Shown: positions 51,501-63,406, counted from the stretch's first letter. The stretch: DNA of 64,000 nt from Deinococcus sp. (GCA_965261005.1 OZ253375.1:2016001-2080000); one strand, 5' to 3'. Notes: generated by a model from the letters alone, not told the origin. Numbers and translations are program-made.

Positions 51501-51706
51501 CTTTGGTCCAGGACCGGCCACGGGTCGCCCAGGTGGATGGGCTGAGGTGACGAGCCGGGCGCCGTGAAGGTCCAGTCGCTCAGGTTCAGGCCAAAGCGGT
51601 CGCGCCAGCCGGCCAGCTCGCTCAGGCGCTGCCCCAGCCATTGCCGCCGCTGCTCGGGAGTGAGGTGCCAAGTGACGGAGGGCGGGCCGTGTTCGGGTGC
51701 GGACAT
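48527..51706 (-). CDS. alpha-mannosidase, GH38
   Basis: HAHLDLGWLWP, GGMWVEPD, WLPDTFG, YGYGDGGGGP, ELYLELHRGT, NQFHDILPGSSI. Confidence 0.95.
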   Translation of the reverse strand: MSAPEHGPPSVTWHLTPEQRRQWLGQRLSELAGWRDRFGLNLSDWTFTAPGSSPQPIHLGDPWPVLDQSVSGGPAVFETAFEVPPTWAGSPVEVELDVGGEGLVRLSTGLAGGLNPYHRRFPVAGGGRVTVRVEAVPKNLFGARNAAPRLMVARLAVPEEAVRALILDLEVVVEAAGALGGQVAPHLLAAAETALAGLSWPSAADEYLARLENVGGWKAADLWNVPGERPEPTPLDGAQLEAVKTARAVLREHLDQLKTLFPPLGELAVSGHAHLDLGWLWPVAETRRKGERTFETVLALMDRFPDFTFNQSSAQLYAWLEERPELFARILERVREGRIEAVGGMWVEPDGQLPSGEAWARQLLYGQRYFQQKFGRRSTVAWLPDTFGFTPALPQLLLGAGIPNFFTTKLNWNETTDFPHDLFLWEGLDGSRVLAHCFKDTVYSAPGLGTYNGDLAPGHTAEVWGNFKGKHLSVWRRGAPASLFTYGYGDGGGGPSAEMLERFGRLTDFPASPRLRHTRVDDFFASLPRQGLPLWVGELYLELHRGTLSSQGRVKRLNREAEARLTEAEVAASLAFLKGTAYPHAELEAAWKTLLLNQFHDILPGSSIREVYEVAERELGGVAETATRLGCLALANLATPEEGTFTVFNPSLNSRPLRAVLPSAEGSVRAGERELPTQAVSDGLLVWAPEVLVPPLGGVTLHLRAGEASPKPGVRAELQNGGALLENDLLRVEVAPDGTLTRVYDKEAGREVLNGPGNRLTVFRDVPRAWEAWDVNADVQRAENGEDLSAQSVEVTETGSLRASLRVTRRWRDSEIAQTYLLHAGSRRLDIQTYVNWREKRTLVKTFFPLNVRAPSATFETAYGAQERPTHRNTPYDAARFEVSGHRFADLSEPNYGVSLLNDGLYAHTALGSTLGLTLLRAPLFPDPGAGLGELRFSYALYPHAGDWTRGGTVLEALDLNSPLLVTPGEGELAPPFKLGGLPVMLGALKRAEDDGHLILRFYEPHGDRGELTLEGVRHLERVNLLEEPGGEPPEFADGRWKVQLRPFEIVTLKLRLTS

Positions 51707-52077
51707 GGGTTAAAGCCTAACCCTTCGGCGAAGCCGGGTGGGATGTTTAACTATTGTCAAAAGCTCATGTTTTTGCTGGCAGGCATTAACATGTTGAGCT
51801 ATTCTAGATCATCTCAGAAGTTTATAAATAATTTGGATCGATATGAATAGTGTTAAGATAATTCAAAAATATTATTATTGTTAGGGAGTGCCAAGCAGCC
51901 TTTTGAAGCCGCCTCTAACTTTTCTGCTTCCGACGTATCCAACCTTAGAAAACGCTGTGTAGAAGGGCCGCTGAAGAAGTGATGGCTGTAGCGACACAAG
52001 GGCGTTAAAAGAGTTCTGGTGGCTCGCTTATCCCCATGATTCGGAGGGACGTACGGGACACATCCAACACCTTAAAA

Positions 52078-52106
52078 GCAAAAACCCCGTCTCACACGGG
52101 GTTTTC
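52078..52106 (-). terminator. tRNA terminator
   Basis: Minus strand AAAACCCCG-loop-CGGGGTTTTT immediately after the tRNA CCA. Confidence 0.7.
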
Positions 52107-52108
52107 TG

Positions 52109-52184
<76 letters not shown>

Positions 52185-52222
52185 AGCCCACCAATGTAAG
52201 GCATCCCTTTCGGGCACCCGGC

Positions 52223-52251
52223 AGTATAGGCAGGCGTGAAAGGGGTGTCAA
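52223..52251 (-). promoter_or_regulatory. tRNA promoter
   Basis: TTGACA-17 bp-TATACT on the minus strand. Confidence 0.8.
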
Positions 52252-52270
52252 CCGAGCTTGAGCCAAAATT

Positions 52271-53617
<1,347 letters not shown>

Positions 53618-53682
53618 AGCTTTACGCTAGCACGGCCCTCAGACTGACCCAGGAAGGTTGGCACGTTGGGTGGAGGGTGACC

Positions 53683-53829
53683 CCCGCCGGGGCGGGCGCG
53701 GGCTTGGCCGCCGCCTTCAACGCGCCGCTGGCCGGGATGGTCTTCGCGCTGGAGGAGGTGCAGCGCGACTTCACGCCGGCCGTGTTCACCAGTGCCCTGC
53801 TCGCCTCCGCCAGCGCGGACGCTGTACCC
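53683..53829 (+). pseudogene. internal fragment of a ClC chloride/fluoride channel gene
   Basis: AGAGAGLAAAFNAPLAGMVFALEEV signature without start or remainder. Confidence 0.75.
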
Positions 53830-53830
53830 C

Positions 53831-53861
53831 TTGACCCTCTCGTTGCGTGACGGTTTAGGCT
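53831..53861 (+). promoter_or_regulatory. MerR-type promoter (19-bp spacer with dyad)
   Basis: TTGACC-19 bp-TAGGCT with the imperfect dyad ACCCTCTCG-TTG-CGTGACGGT. Confidence 0.8.
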
Positions 53862-53880
53862 GGAAGCGGGAGGTGAAAAC

Positions 53881-55410
53881 GTGTACTTCAAGATCGGCGA
53901 GGTGGCGCGGCGCACGGGGCTGAGCGTCCGCACCCTGCGGCATTACGACGCGCTCGGCCTGCTCAGGCCGACCGGGCGCAGCCAAGCGGCGTACCGGCTA
54001 TACTCGCCGGCCGACCTGATTAGACTGCTCCACATTCAAAGCTTGAAGTCGTTGGGGCTGAGCCTGGCGGAAATCGGTCGGGCGCTCGACGACCCCATGT
54101 ACGACGCGCAGAGTGTCCTTCGGCAGCACATCGCGCTGCTGGAGCGCCGCGTTTTGCAGGAGCAGGCCTTGCTGGACCGACTTCGCACCTTACAAGGGGT
54201 GGCCGAGGTGGGCTGGAGAGAGGTCGCCGAGGTCATTCAACTGACAGAGCGTGTCGAAAAGCGGGTGAGGCAATTCATGCAGGTCGCCCAGGACATCACG
54301 GGCGAGGTCACGCTGAGCGGCGAGCAGCGGGCGCACATGCAGGACCGGCTGGCACAGCCCAGCGGCGAGGATTGGCCGCACCTCCTCACGGACGTCTTCA
54401 CCGCGCTGGAGCGGCGCGTGGCGCCCAGCTCACCGGCCGCGCGGCACCTCGCCCGCCGCTGGAACGCCTTGGTAGGGGATTCCACCGGAGGTCGCGCCGA
54501 CATCGCCGACGCCCTGGGCAGCGCCTACCGGCGGCACCTTCCGACCGAATTGCAAAGCGTCTGGGCCTTTGTTACAGACGCCATGCAGCACCTGATCTCT
54601 GGAGTTCCCATGACCACCGTTCCGAACCAAACCCGGCTGGCCGACCTCGGGCACCCGGACAAGAACATTTGCATTCGCGCCGCCCTCGACTTAGGCGCCG
54701 CAAGGCAGCTGGACGCCCTGCCGGAACTGCTGGGGAGGCTGACTTGTGAAACGGACTTCTTCGTGCGGGAAAACCTGACCTGGGCTGTGACCCGCATGGG
54801 TGAGGCTGCCTTATCAGAGTTGCTGAAGCTACTGGAACACCCGGACGCGGCGGCCCGCTTGCAGGCGGTGCATACCCTCGGCAAAATCGCCGATTCCCGC
54901 GCCACGGCCGCCCTGCTCTGCGCCGTGAACGACGCCGACGCCGAGGTGGCCCGCAAGGCCATCTTCGCGCTCGGGCAGCTGAGGAGTCCGCAGGCGCTGG
55001 CCGTGCTGGTCGCCGGGTTGGGTCAGGCGGACGCTGAGCGGCGCAACACCCTCAGCACCGCCCTTGAGGGTTTCGGTATGACCGCCGTCGCGCCCCTGGT
55101 GGACGCTCTGCGAGGGGCGCAAGCGGGCGTGCGGGCACACGCGGCGGACATCCTCGGCCTGCTGGGTGATCCCGAAGCCGTGCCCGCGCTCGCCGGCGCG
55201 TTGAAGGACGGTGATTGGGACGTGCGCTTCGCGGCCCTCAGCGCCCTCGGACACCTGCCGGGCGCGGCGGCCGACGCAGCCATAGAACGGGCAGCTCAAG
55301 ACGCCGACGCCAAACTGCGCGCCGTAGCCTCACGCCTGCAAACGGATCGCCAAAAGGCGCATCCACCTTCAGCAAGAATTGGCCGGAAAGGGTCCGGTGC
55401 ACCGCCTTGA
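53881..55410 (+). CDS. MerR-family regulator fused to TipAS-like and HEAT-repeat domains
   Basis: IGEVARRTGLSVRTLRHYD HTH; P.SPAARHLARRW TipAS-like segment; repeated VR..A...LG HEAT units; GGAGG RBS. Confidence 0.85.
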   Translation: MYFKIGEVARRTGLSVRTLRHYDALGLLRPTGRSQAAYRLYSPADLIRLLHIQSLKSLGLSLAEIGRALDDPMYDAQSVLRQHIALLERRVLQEQALLDRLRTLQGVAEVGWREVAEVIQLTERVEKRVRQFMQVAQDITGEVTLSGEQRAHMQDRLAQPSGEDWPHLLTDVFTALERRVAPSSPAARHLARRWNALVGDSTGGRADIADALGSAYRRHLPTELQSVWAFVTDAMQHLISGVPMTTVPNQTRLADLGHPDKNICIRAALDLGAARQLDALPELLGRLTCETDFFVRENLTWAVTRMGEAALSELLKLLEHPDAAARLQAVHTLGKIADSRATAALLCAVNDADAEVARKAIFALGQLRSPQALAVLVAGLGQADAERRNTLSTALEGFGMTAVAPLVDALRGAQAGVRAHAADILGLLGDPEAVPALAGALKDGDWDVRFAALSALGHLPGAAADAAIERAAQDADAKLRAVASRLQTDRQKAHPPSARIGRKGSGAPP

Positions 55411-55460
55411 GCGCTATGACCACTTCTTTCCCTACGATATTCAGGACGTTGGTGGGACTG

Positions 55461-55622
55461 ATACGAACTTAAGATGAGTCGAAGACGAATCCGAGCGGGC
55501 AGGCCCGATAGGTGCCGTTCTGCCCAAGACGCGGAGCGAGTACAAGAAAATACGGGATAGCGACGATGGAAATCTATGTTGGTGCTTTTCCAACATAGGT
55601 TGGAATCAAAGCAATCCCGTAT
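55461..55622 (-). repeat. small non-coding repeat / MITE, copy of 37753-37916
   Basis: Reverse-complement near-match along its whole length. Confidence 0.85.
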
Positions 55623-55788
55623 GAGGTGGTTGATTTCACGGGCGTGAACGTGGACGGCACGCAGGGCAAAATCCGCATCTTTCCGGGGTATCTCGCCGAG
55701 CAGGGTTGCTTCCAGCAATACGCCAAGCAGCTTCACTGACTTTTTCAAAAGCCGCCCCTCTCTTTTCGCGCCGCCTTACACTTCCCGC

Positions 55789-56945
55789 ATGGTCATGAAC
55801 GCCCTCTTGCTGCTGGTGCCGGTCTCGCTGGCACTGGAGTACCTGGTTCATGCCCCGCCGCTGTGGGTGTTCGCGGCCTCCGCCCTCGCCATCGTGCCGC
55901 TGGCCGATTGGCTGCGCCGGGGGACCGAGCAGGTGGCCGCCGTGGCGGGGCCGTCCATCGGGGGGCTGCTGAACGTCACCTTCGGCAACGTGGCCGAGCT
56001 GATCCTGGCGATCTTCGTGTTGATAGGCGGCAGCACGGCGGTCGTCAAGGCGCAGATCACCGGCTCCATTATCGGCAACGCCCTGCTGGGCCTGGGCCTC
56101 GCCATTGTGGTGGGCAGCTTTGGGCAGGGGCGGCTCACCTTCAAAAAGGTGCAGGCCGGGCAGCTCTCGACCATGCTGTTCCTGACGGTGATCGCGCTGC
56201 TGCTGCCGGCCTTATTTGACTACACCGAGCAGATTCCCACCTTCGCGGCCCCCGGCGGCGTCAGGAGCAACCTCGACGAGTCCCTGAGCCTCGGCGTGTC
56301 GGTCGTGCTGATTCTGGTGTACGCCCTCAACTTGGTCTACACCCTGATCACGCACAAGGACGTGTTCGCCCTTGAAGGCGGCGAGGACCCCGAGCGGCCC
56401 TGGCCGGTGTGGCTCGCCCTGGGCGTGCTGCTCGCGGGCACGGCCCTGATCGCGCTGGAGTCGGAATTGGTCTCGGGCGCCCTGGAGGCGACCTCTTCGC
56501 AGCTCGGGCTGACGCCGTTTTTCCTGGGCATCGTCGTGCTGGCCGTGATCGGCAACGCCGCCGAGTTCCTGAGCGCCAGCTACTACGCCAGGCGGCGCCA
56601 GATGGGCGTGGCCGTCAGCATCGTGCTGGGCGGCACCGTGCAGGTGGCCCTCTTCACCGCGCCGCTGTTGGTGCTGATCTCGTACTTCATAGGCCACCCC
56701 ATGAACCTGGTCTTTTCCAGCCCGCTGGAGCTGATCGCGGTGGTGGCGGTCGCCCTGACGGTCACGGCGGTCACCCGCGACGGCGAGACCACTTGGTTCG
56801 AAGGCGTGCTGCTGCTGGCGGTGTACGCGCTGCTGGCCCTGGCCTTTTTCTTCGTGACGCCGGGGGAGGCGGGGGGGCAGGAGGGTAGGGGCGGGTTTCA
56901 AACCCGCCCCTACGTGGCCCACGCGGTGTTGCCGGCGCCGTCCCG

Positions 56946-56961
<16 letters not shown>
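55789..56961 (+). CDS. Ca2+/H+ antiporter (CaCA/Cax family)
   Basis: [14 protein letters not shown] and GNAAE alpha repeats; WFEGVLLL. Confidence 0.92.
56885..56913. repeat. GTAG-type REP palindrome inside the antiporter 3' end
   Basis: GTAGGGGCGGGTTTCAAACCCGCCCCTAC, one mismatch to 2234-2262. Confidence 0.8.
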
Positions 56962-57785
<824 letters not shown>

Positions 57786-57859
57786 GCGGCCACCCTAAAG
57801 CATTTTGGGGAAGGACCGGCAAGCTTGCCGGTCCCTCCCCAGTTGAAGAACGGCCCGCC

Positions 57860-58999
57860 CTACTTGTCCGCTGGCGCGAGGTTGCGAATCAGGTAGACGT
57901 TGTCTTGATAATCAAAGTTGATGCCGGCGCGGTCCACCGCCAAAATGTAGGTGTTCGCCTGACCGTCCACCGGCCAAAAGCGCAGATGTTGCCCGCACGG
58001 ATCCACGCAGCCGGCCTTGTGGTCCTTGGTGGCGTCGTTCAGGGCCGGGTCGCTGAAGTCGCCGGGCGCGCCGCCCGTGATGGTCACGTTGAGTCCGAAG
58101 GCGCCCGCCGGCGTAAAGCGGCCCGCCGCGAGCTGGCCGTCCGCCTGCTTTGGTAAGAGGGTCTGGTTTTCGTGGTCGGCGTGCGCGGTCACGGGCGTCA
58201 GGTCGTCGCTTTTCCCCTGCGCGTACCAAGACAGGGTGGCCGCATAGATACCCTCGTAGGCCGCGATTTCCTGAACGGTCACCAGCTGGCCCGCGCCCGC
58301 CGCCCGCCAATACGCCGAGATGACCTCGCCGCCCTGCGCCTTCACGGCGCCGCGCTGGTTGATCGCCACGTCGCCGCCGTCGTCCTTGCCGCTGGGCCGG
58401 CCGCTTTGGTCGGCGGCGTGCAGCGTGACGGGATAGCCGAAGGTGTCGAGAATCTGCGGCAAGCTGGGTTCGCTGTAGCGGTTCTGCGCGTCACGCTCCG
58501 GCGCGCTTTGCCACAAGCCCGCCAGGTTCACGCTCAGGCGCGGCGTGCTGGGATCGTCGGAGACGACGGTCAGCATACCGTCGCTTTGCGCGACCGCTTG
58601 GTCGGCCGCCGTTTGATCAGTTGGCCCGTCTGCGACAAAGCGGAGCGGCAGGTCCAGGTGCCCGCCGGCGGGCACGCTCAGGGGCAAGCGAATGTCCGCG
58701 TCCAGCTTCCACGGCCCGCTGATGGGGAGGGCGGAGACGTGCAGGGGGGCGGCGCCGGCGTTGACGACGCGCAGGGCGACTTGATCGTGAATGGCGCTGC
58801 TACCCGGGGCGCCGATACGGCTGAAGACCAGGCGGGCGGCGGAAGGCAGGCTGTCCGGGTTTTCCAGCGTGACGCGCGGCGTCTTGGCCGGTCCTTGTGA
58901 GGCGCTCCGCTCGGTTTGGCCGGTGGCGGTGCAGGCGACCAGGCCCGCCAGCAGGCCCGCCAGCGCGCCCGCGCGAATCAGGGGATGAGGTGTGGCCAT
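57860..58999 (-). CDS. lipoprotein with Ig-like (ASH/choice-of-anchor-type) domain
   Basis: LVAC lipobox; N.G..PL.V..L and LTVVSDDP beta-sandwich pattern; AAGGAG RBS. Confidence 0.65.
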   Translation of the reverse strand: MATPHPLIRAGALAGLLAGLVACTATGQTERSASQGPAKTPRVTLENPDSLPSAARLVFSRIGAPGSSAIHDQVALRVVNAGAAPLHVSALPISGPWKLDADIRLPLSVPAGGHLDLPLRFVADGPTDQTAADQAVAQSDGMLTVVSDDPSTPRLSVNLAGLWQSAPERDAQNRYSEPSLPQILDTFGYPVTLHAADQSGRPSGKDDGGDVAINQRGAVKAQGGEVISAYWRAAGAGQLVTVQEIAAYEGIYAATLSWYAQGKSDDLTPVTAHADHENQTLLPKQADGQLAAGRFTPAGAFGLNVTITGGAPGDFSDPALNDATKDHKAGCVDPCGQHLRFWPVDGQANTYILAVDRAGINFDYQDNVYLIRNLAPADK

Positions 59000-59102
59000 A
59001 CGACTCCTTTGCGGCGGTAAAAGGCACGCCGCCCCAGTACCATGCTGGGTGGGGCGTAACCGTATCGTTGCAGACCCCGGGAATGCTGTTTGGCGCACGA
59101 TT

Positions 59103-60674
59103 TTAAGGCTTGGCCGTCTCGCTCAGGTCGGTCAAGCCGTACTCCACCCCGTCGAGCAGCGCGGTCCAGACGGCCCTCACCACGTCCTGGTCAATGCCGA
59201 CGGTGGTCCACTCGCGCCCGCCGTCCTGGAAGGTCGCGGTCACGCGCACCAGGGCGCGCTCCAAGTTGCGCACCCTGATGGCGCCCAGCCGAAGCCTGCC
59301 CGCCAACGCGCGAACGTCCGGCAAGGCGCGCAGCGCCTCCAACAGCACCGCGAACAGCGCCTCCACCGGCCCCGCGCCCTCGGCGGCGACGTACAGCGTC
59401 TCGCCGTCCGCGCGCACCTTGAGGCTCGCCTCCACGACCGCCTGATTCAGGCCGCGAATCACCTCGAACAGCCGCAGCCGCTCGACGTTCAAGCGCGGCG
59501 CGGCGGCCCCGGTCAGGGTGGCGAGGCGCCATTGCAAGCTGGCGGGGGCGTCTTCATAGGTATAGCCTTGGTCCTCTAGCCCCTTTAGGACGCCCAGGAT
59601 ACGGGCGTTGGCCGCCGAGTCCCCCGACAAGTCCACCCCGAAGTCGCGCGCGATCTCTTGCAGGTAGGTGGGCCGCGTCAGGCCGGGCAGCAGCAGGCGG
59701 CGGGTGTTGCCGACCGCTTCCGGCGCGATGGCCTCGTAAGCTTCCGGGGCGCTCAGGACGGCGGCCACGTGGGTTTGGGTCTTGTGGGCGAAGACCTTGC
59801 GGCCCACCACCGGGTGGTGGTCCATCTGCTCGCCCAAGCCCACCATTTCGGCCACCCGCCGCGCCACGTCCGAGAGGCGCGCCAGCTGTTCGTCCGACAC
59901 GACCTCGGAACCCAGCTTCAGCTTCAAAATCGGCAGCAGCGTGTCGAGGTCGGTGATCCCCGTGCGCGCGCCGTAGCCGTTCACCGTCGCCTGCACGTGC
60001 TGCGCGCCGGCGTCCAGGCCCGCCAAGGTGTTGGCGAGGGCCAGGCCCAAATCGTCGTGCAAGTGCAGGCCGATCACCGTGTCCCCCAGCAGCTCGCGCG
60101 CCGCCAGCACGCCCTCGCGCACCAGCCCTGGCAAGCTGGCCCCGTTGCTGTCTCCCAGGCTGAGAATGTCCGCCCCGCTTTCAAACGCCGCGCGCAAATT
60201 GGTGAGGGCGTAGTCGCGGTCGGCGCGGTAGCCGTCGAAGAAGTGTTCGGCGGTGTAGATCACCTCGCGCCCGGCCTCCTTCATCAGGGTCACGCTGTCG
60301 CGCAGCATCGCCAAATTCTCCGCCTTGGTGGTGCCCAGCACCTTTTCCACGTGCAGGGTCCAGACCTTGCCGTAGAGGTGAACGACGGGGGCGTTCGTCT
60401 CCAGCAGCAGCCGCATCCCCTTGTCGCGCTTGACGGGCGTCTCGGGCCGCCGGGTGGCGCCGAAGGCGGTCAGCTTGGCTTGTAAGTTCAATTCGGGCGC
60501 CCGCTCGAAAAAGGCCAGGTCCGCCTCAAAGACGGCGGGCCAGCCGCCCTCCAGGTACTGCACGCCCAGGGAATCGATCAAAGGGGCCAGCCTCAGCTTG
60601 TCCTCCACGCTGAGGTTGATGTCCTCGGTCAGGGCGCCGTCGCGCAGGGTGGTGTCAAGAATGGTGAGGGTCAT
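59103..60674 (-). CDS. cimA: citramalate synthase (LeuA-family DRE-TIM)
   Basis: DTTLRDG, EGGWP, AFGATRR, AEHFFDGY, HLHDD, C-terminal regulatory domain. Confidence 0.8.
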   Translation of the reverse strand: MTLTILDTTLRDGALTEDINLSVEDKLRLAPLIDSLGVQYLEGGWPAVFEADLAFFERAPELNLQAKLTAFGATRRPETPVKRDKGMRLLLETNAPVVHLYGKVWTLHVEKVLGTTKAENLAMLRDSVTLMKEAGREVIYTAEHFFDGYRADRDYALTNLRAAFESGADILSLGDSNGASLPGLVREGVLAARELLGDTVIGLHLHDDLGLALANTLAGLDAGAQHVQATVNGYGARTGITDLDTLLPILKLKLGSEVVSDEQLARLSDVARRVAEMVGLGEQMDHHPVVGRKVFAHKTQTHVAAVLSAPEAYEAIAPEAVGNTRRLLLPGLTRPTYLQEIARDFGVDLSGDSAANARILGVLKGLEDQGYTYEDAPASLQWRLATLTGAAAPRLNVERLRLFEVIRGLNQAVVEASLKVRADGETLYVAAEGAGPVEALFAVLLEALRALPDVRALAGRLRLGAIRVRNLERALVRVTATFQDGGREWTTVGIDQDVVRAVWTALLDGVEYGLTDLSETAKP

Positions 60675-60711
60675 GGGGTGAGCCTACCCGTTTGGACGGG
60701 GGCGTTTTCAT

Positions 60712-60888
60712 CTAGAGCATTTGTCAATTCTATTGCGCGACTTCGGCTCCGCGTCTTGGGCAGAACGGCACCTATCGGGCCTGCCCGCCTACGTCGCTCC
60801 ATGCCATTGCCAAACGCCCGCCTGTTGCTACTCGTTCCACTCGGGAAGTATTGAGAAGAGCACTCAATACTTCTGACAAACGCTCTGG
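60712..60888. repeat. MITE-like small non-coding repeat
   Basis: CTAGAGCATTTGTCA...TGACAAACGCTCTGG ends; shares an internal module with the 37753/55461 repeats. Confidence 0.8.
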
Positions 60889-60928
60889 GCACGCTTGTAG
60901 CGATCTGTGCCGCGTGCGATCTTGGCGC

Positions 60929-61630
60929 ATGTCCGAACAGGGTCAGCCCGCTTGGCGGCCGTGGCTGGCCGAAACGCTGGGCACCGCGCTGCTGACGGTA
61001 GGTGGCCTGAGCGGGGTCGCGTTGGCGAACGCGGGGGTGCTGCCCAAGCTGGCGGCCTACAGCGTGGCGCCGGGCCTGACGATCCTGGCGCTGGTGTACA
61101 TGCTCAGCGACTTGTCCGGCGCGCACCTCAACCCGGCCGTCACGCTCGCCTTTGCGCTGCGCGGCAGTTTTCCCTGGGCGCGGGCGCCGGCCTACTGGAC
61201 CGCGCAAGTGTTGGGCGCCCTGATGGGCGGCGGCGCGCTCTCGGCCCTGATCGAGGTGCCGAGGCCCGGCGGGCAGCTGCCGCCCGGGGGTGTCTTCTGG
61301 CTGGAGGTGGCCTGCACCGCCTTGCTGACGCTGGTCATCCTGGCCGCCGCCAAGCGCAAGGCCGAGGTGGGCACCCAGGCCGGCATCGTCGTCGCGGGCA
61401 CCTTGGCGTTGTGCGCCTTTGTGGGCGGCAGCGTCGCGGCGGTCACGCTCAACACCGCCCTCGCCCTCGCTTGGGGAACCTTCGGCGGCGCGGGACTCGG
61501 GGCCTGGCCGAACCTGCTGGGGCCGCTGCTGGGCAGCACGCTGGCGGCCGGCCTGACTTGGGCGCTGCGGGGCGGCCTTGACGGGCAGGAAATGTCGGCC
61601 GCCCAGGGGGAGCGGGCGGAGGAGGGGTGA
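60929..61630 (+). CDS. MIP/aquaporin family channel
   Basis: AETLGT, SGAHLNPAVT; second motif reads LNTAL. Confidence 0.85.
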   Translation: MSEQGQPAWRPWLAETLGTALLTVGGLSGVALANAGVLPKLAAYSVAPGLTILALVYMLSDLSGAHLNPAVTLAFALRGSFPWARAPAYWTAQVLGALMGGGALSALIEVPRPGGQLPPGGVFWLEVACTALLTLVILAAAKRKAEVGTQAGIVVAGTLALCAFVGGSVAAVTLNTALALAWGTFGGAGLGAWPNLLGPLLGSTLAAGLTWALRGGLDGQEMSAAQGERAEEG

Positions 61631-61764
61631 TACGAATTCCGAAAAGTTCCGTACATTTCGGAACTTTTCCGAGCGGACGCGAGTAGGAAAAACATATGGG
61701 TTCCGCGATATGAAGTACACGGAGCACTTTTTGCGAAGTGTACGGAATAAAGCGGAACCCATAT
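61630..61764. repeat. small non-coding repeat
   Basis: ATACGAATTCC start, CCGAGCGGACGCGAGTA core, nested hairpins. Confidence 0.75.
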
Positions 61765-61796
61765 GAAGGGCGCTGTTTGGGGAGGAGAGTCGTGTC

Positions 61797-61991
61797 TTAC
61801 GGCTCGCCGCGATCTGGGAGACGTTCGGCAGGATGCTGCGGGTCTTCCCAGTCTTCCGGCTCGATGCCGTCCTCCACCGTCACGTCCCAAACCTCTGCCT
61901 CACCGGACATCTCCCATTCCTGAAGCGCTTGTTCGTACTGCTGCTGAAGCGTCAGTTTCTCCACAGGCTCCCGCTTGGCGTCTCCGCTCAC
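61797..61991 (-). CDS. small acidic protein resembling an antitoxin C-terminus
   Basis: GTGA overlap with the thiolase stop; [29 protein letters not shown]. Confidence 0.5.
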   Translation of the reverse strand: MSGDAKREPVEKLTLQQQYEQALQEWEMSGEAEVWDVTVEDGIEPEDWEDPQHPAERLPDRGEP

Positions 61992-63169
61992 GACAGCCGC
62001 CTCACCGCCATCGCCAGCCCGTTCCCGCCGCCCATGCACAGGGTCGCCACGCCGACCTCCTGATTGCGTTGCTTGAGGGCGTGCAGCAGCGTCACCAGAA
62101 TGCGCGCCCCGCTCGCGCCGATGGGGTGCCCCAGCGCCACCGCGCCGCCGTTGACGTTCACCTTGTCCGGGTCGAGGCCAAGTTCGCGCGACACTGCCAG
62201 ACTCTGCACGCTGAAAGCCTCGTTGAGTTCCCAGAGGTCCACGTCGTCCACCCCCCAGCCGAGGTTTGCGAGCAGCTTCCTCGTGGCCGGCACCGGCGTC
62301 ATCATCACCCACGCTGGGTCGAGGCCGCCCGCCGCGTAGCCGACGATCTCGGCCAGCGGCGTCAAACCGAGGCCCCGCGCCTTTTCCGCTTCCATCACCA
62401 GAACGCTGGCGGCGCCGTCGTTGAGGCCGGGGGCGTTGCCGGCGGTGACGCTGCCGCCCTCCTTGAAGGCGGGTTTCAACCTGCCCAGCGCCTCCAGCGA
62501 GGAGTCGCGGCGCGGCCCCTCGTCCTGCGATACCGTGACCGCGCCCTTCTTAAAGGGGACCTCGACGGGCACGATCTCGTCGTCAAAGAAGCCGGCGTCC
62601 ATCGCGCTCAAGGCCCTTTGGTGGCTTCTCAGGGCGTAGGCGTCCTGCTCCGCGCGCCCGATGGCGTACTTGTCCGCCACCCGCTCGCCGGTCAGGCCCA
62701 TGCCCTCGCCCGTGATCGAGCACCACAGCCCGTCCTGGGTGTTGGCGTCTACGATCTCACCGTTGCCGAGCCGGTAGCCCTCCCTCGCCCGCGTCAGCAG
62801 GTAGGGGGCGTTCGACATGCTCTCCATGCCGCCGGCCAGCACCGCCTGCTGGTCGCCGGCGCGGACGCTTTGCGCCGCCAAGATCACCGCCTTGAGGCCC
62901 GAGCCGCAGACCTTGTTCACCGTCAGCGCCCCCGCCGAGGGCGGCACCCCTGCCCCGATGGCCGCCTGCCGGGCCGGGTTCTGGCCGCTGCCGGCCTGCA
63001 CGACCTGGCCCATGATGACCTCCTCGATCAGGTCGGGGGAAAGATGGGAGCGCTCTAGGGTGGCGCGCAGGGTGAGGCGGCCGAGGTCTATGGCCGGCAC
63101 GGGCGAGAGTTCGCCTAGGAACTTGCCCACCGGCGTGCGGGAGGCGGAGACGATCACGGCGGTTGTCAT
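61988..63169 (-). CDS. acetyl-CoA C-acetyltransferase (thiolase)
   Basis: [32 protein letters not shown]. Confidence 0.95.
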   Translation of the reverse strand: MTTAVIVSASRTPVGKFLGELSPVPAIDLGRLTLRATLERSHLSPDLIEEVIMGQVVQAGSGQNPARQAAIGAGVPPSAGALTVNKVCGSGLKAVILAAQSVRAGDQQAVLAGGMESMSNAPYLLTRAREGYRLGNGEIVDANTQDGLWCSITGEGMGLTGERVADKYAIGRAEQDAYALRSHQRALSAMDAGFFDDEIVPVEVPFKKGAVTVSQDEGPRRDSSLEALGRLKPAFKEGGSVTAGNAPGLNDGAASVLVMEAEKARGLGLTPLAEIVGYAAGGLDPAWVMMTPVPATRKLLANLGWGVDDVDLWELNEAFSVQSLAVSRELGLDPDKVNVNGGAVALGHPIGASGARILVTLLHALKQRNQEVGVATLCMGGGNGLAMAVRRLS

Positions 63170-63218
63170 GCAGGGAGTCTAACAAGCGTTAGAGGGTGCC
63201 AAGGAACTTCCCCAACTT

Positions 63219-63393
63219 GGGTGTATCCCTGAAGAGTGGGAAGATGAGTAGGGCAACCGCAAATTCAGCGCTTGATCTTTTCTCCCTCCCCCTCAAGGGG
63301 AAGGAGCTACGCAGGCAATTTCGCCTTCGTTTCGGAACTTTGCGGTTGCCCTGCTCATCAAGCCGTTCCTTTCCACAAACTTGAGATGCACCC
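63219..63393. repeat. nested inverted-repeat (MITE-like) elements
   Basis: Outer GGGTGTATC...GATGCACCC; inner GATGAGTAGGGCAACCGCAAA...TTTGCGGTTGCCCTGCTCATC. Confidence 0.65.
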
Positions 63394-63406
63394 CATTCGG
63401 TGATTG

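Noticed and set aside
60675..60900. Amino-acid attenuator or T-box upstream of cimA
   Set aside because: The hairpins belong to a dispersed repeat family; no leader peptide or T-box consensus seen.
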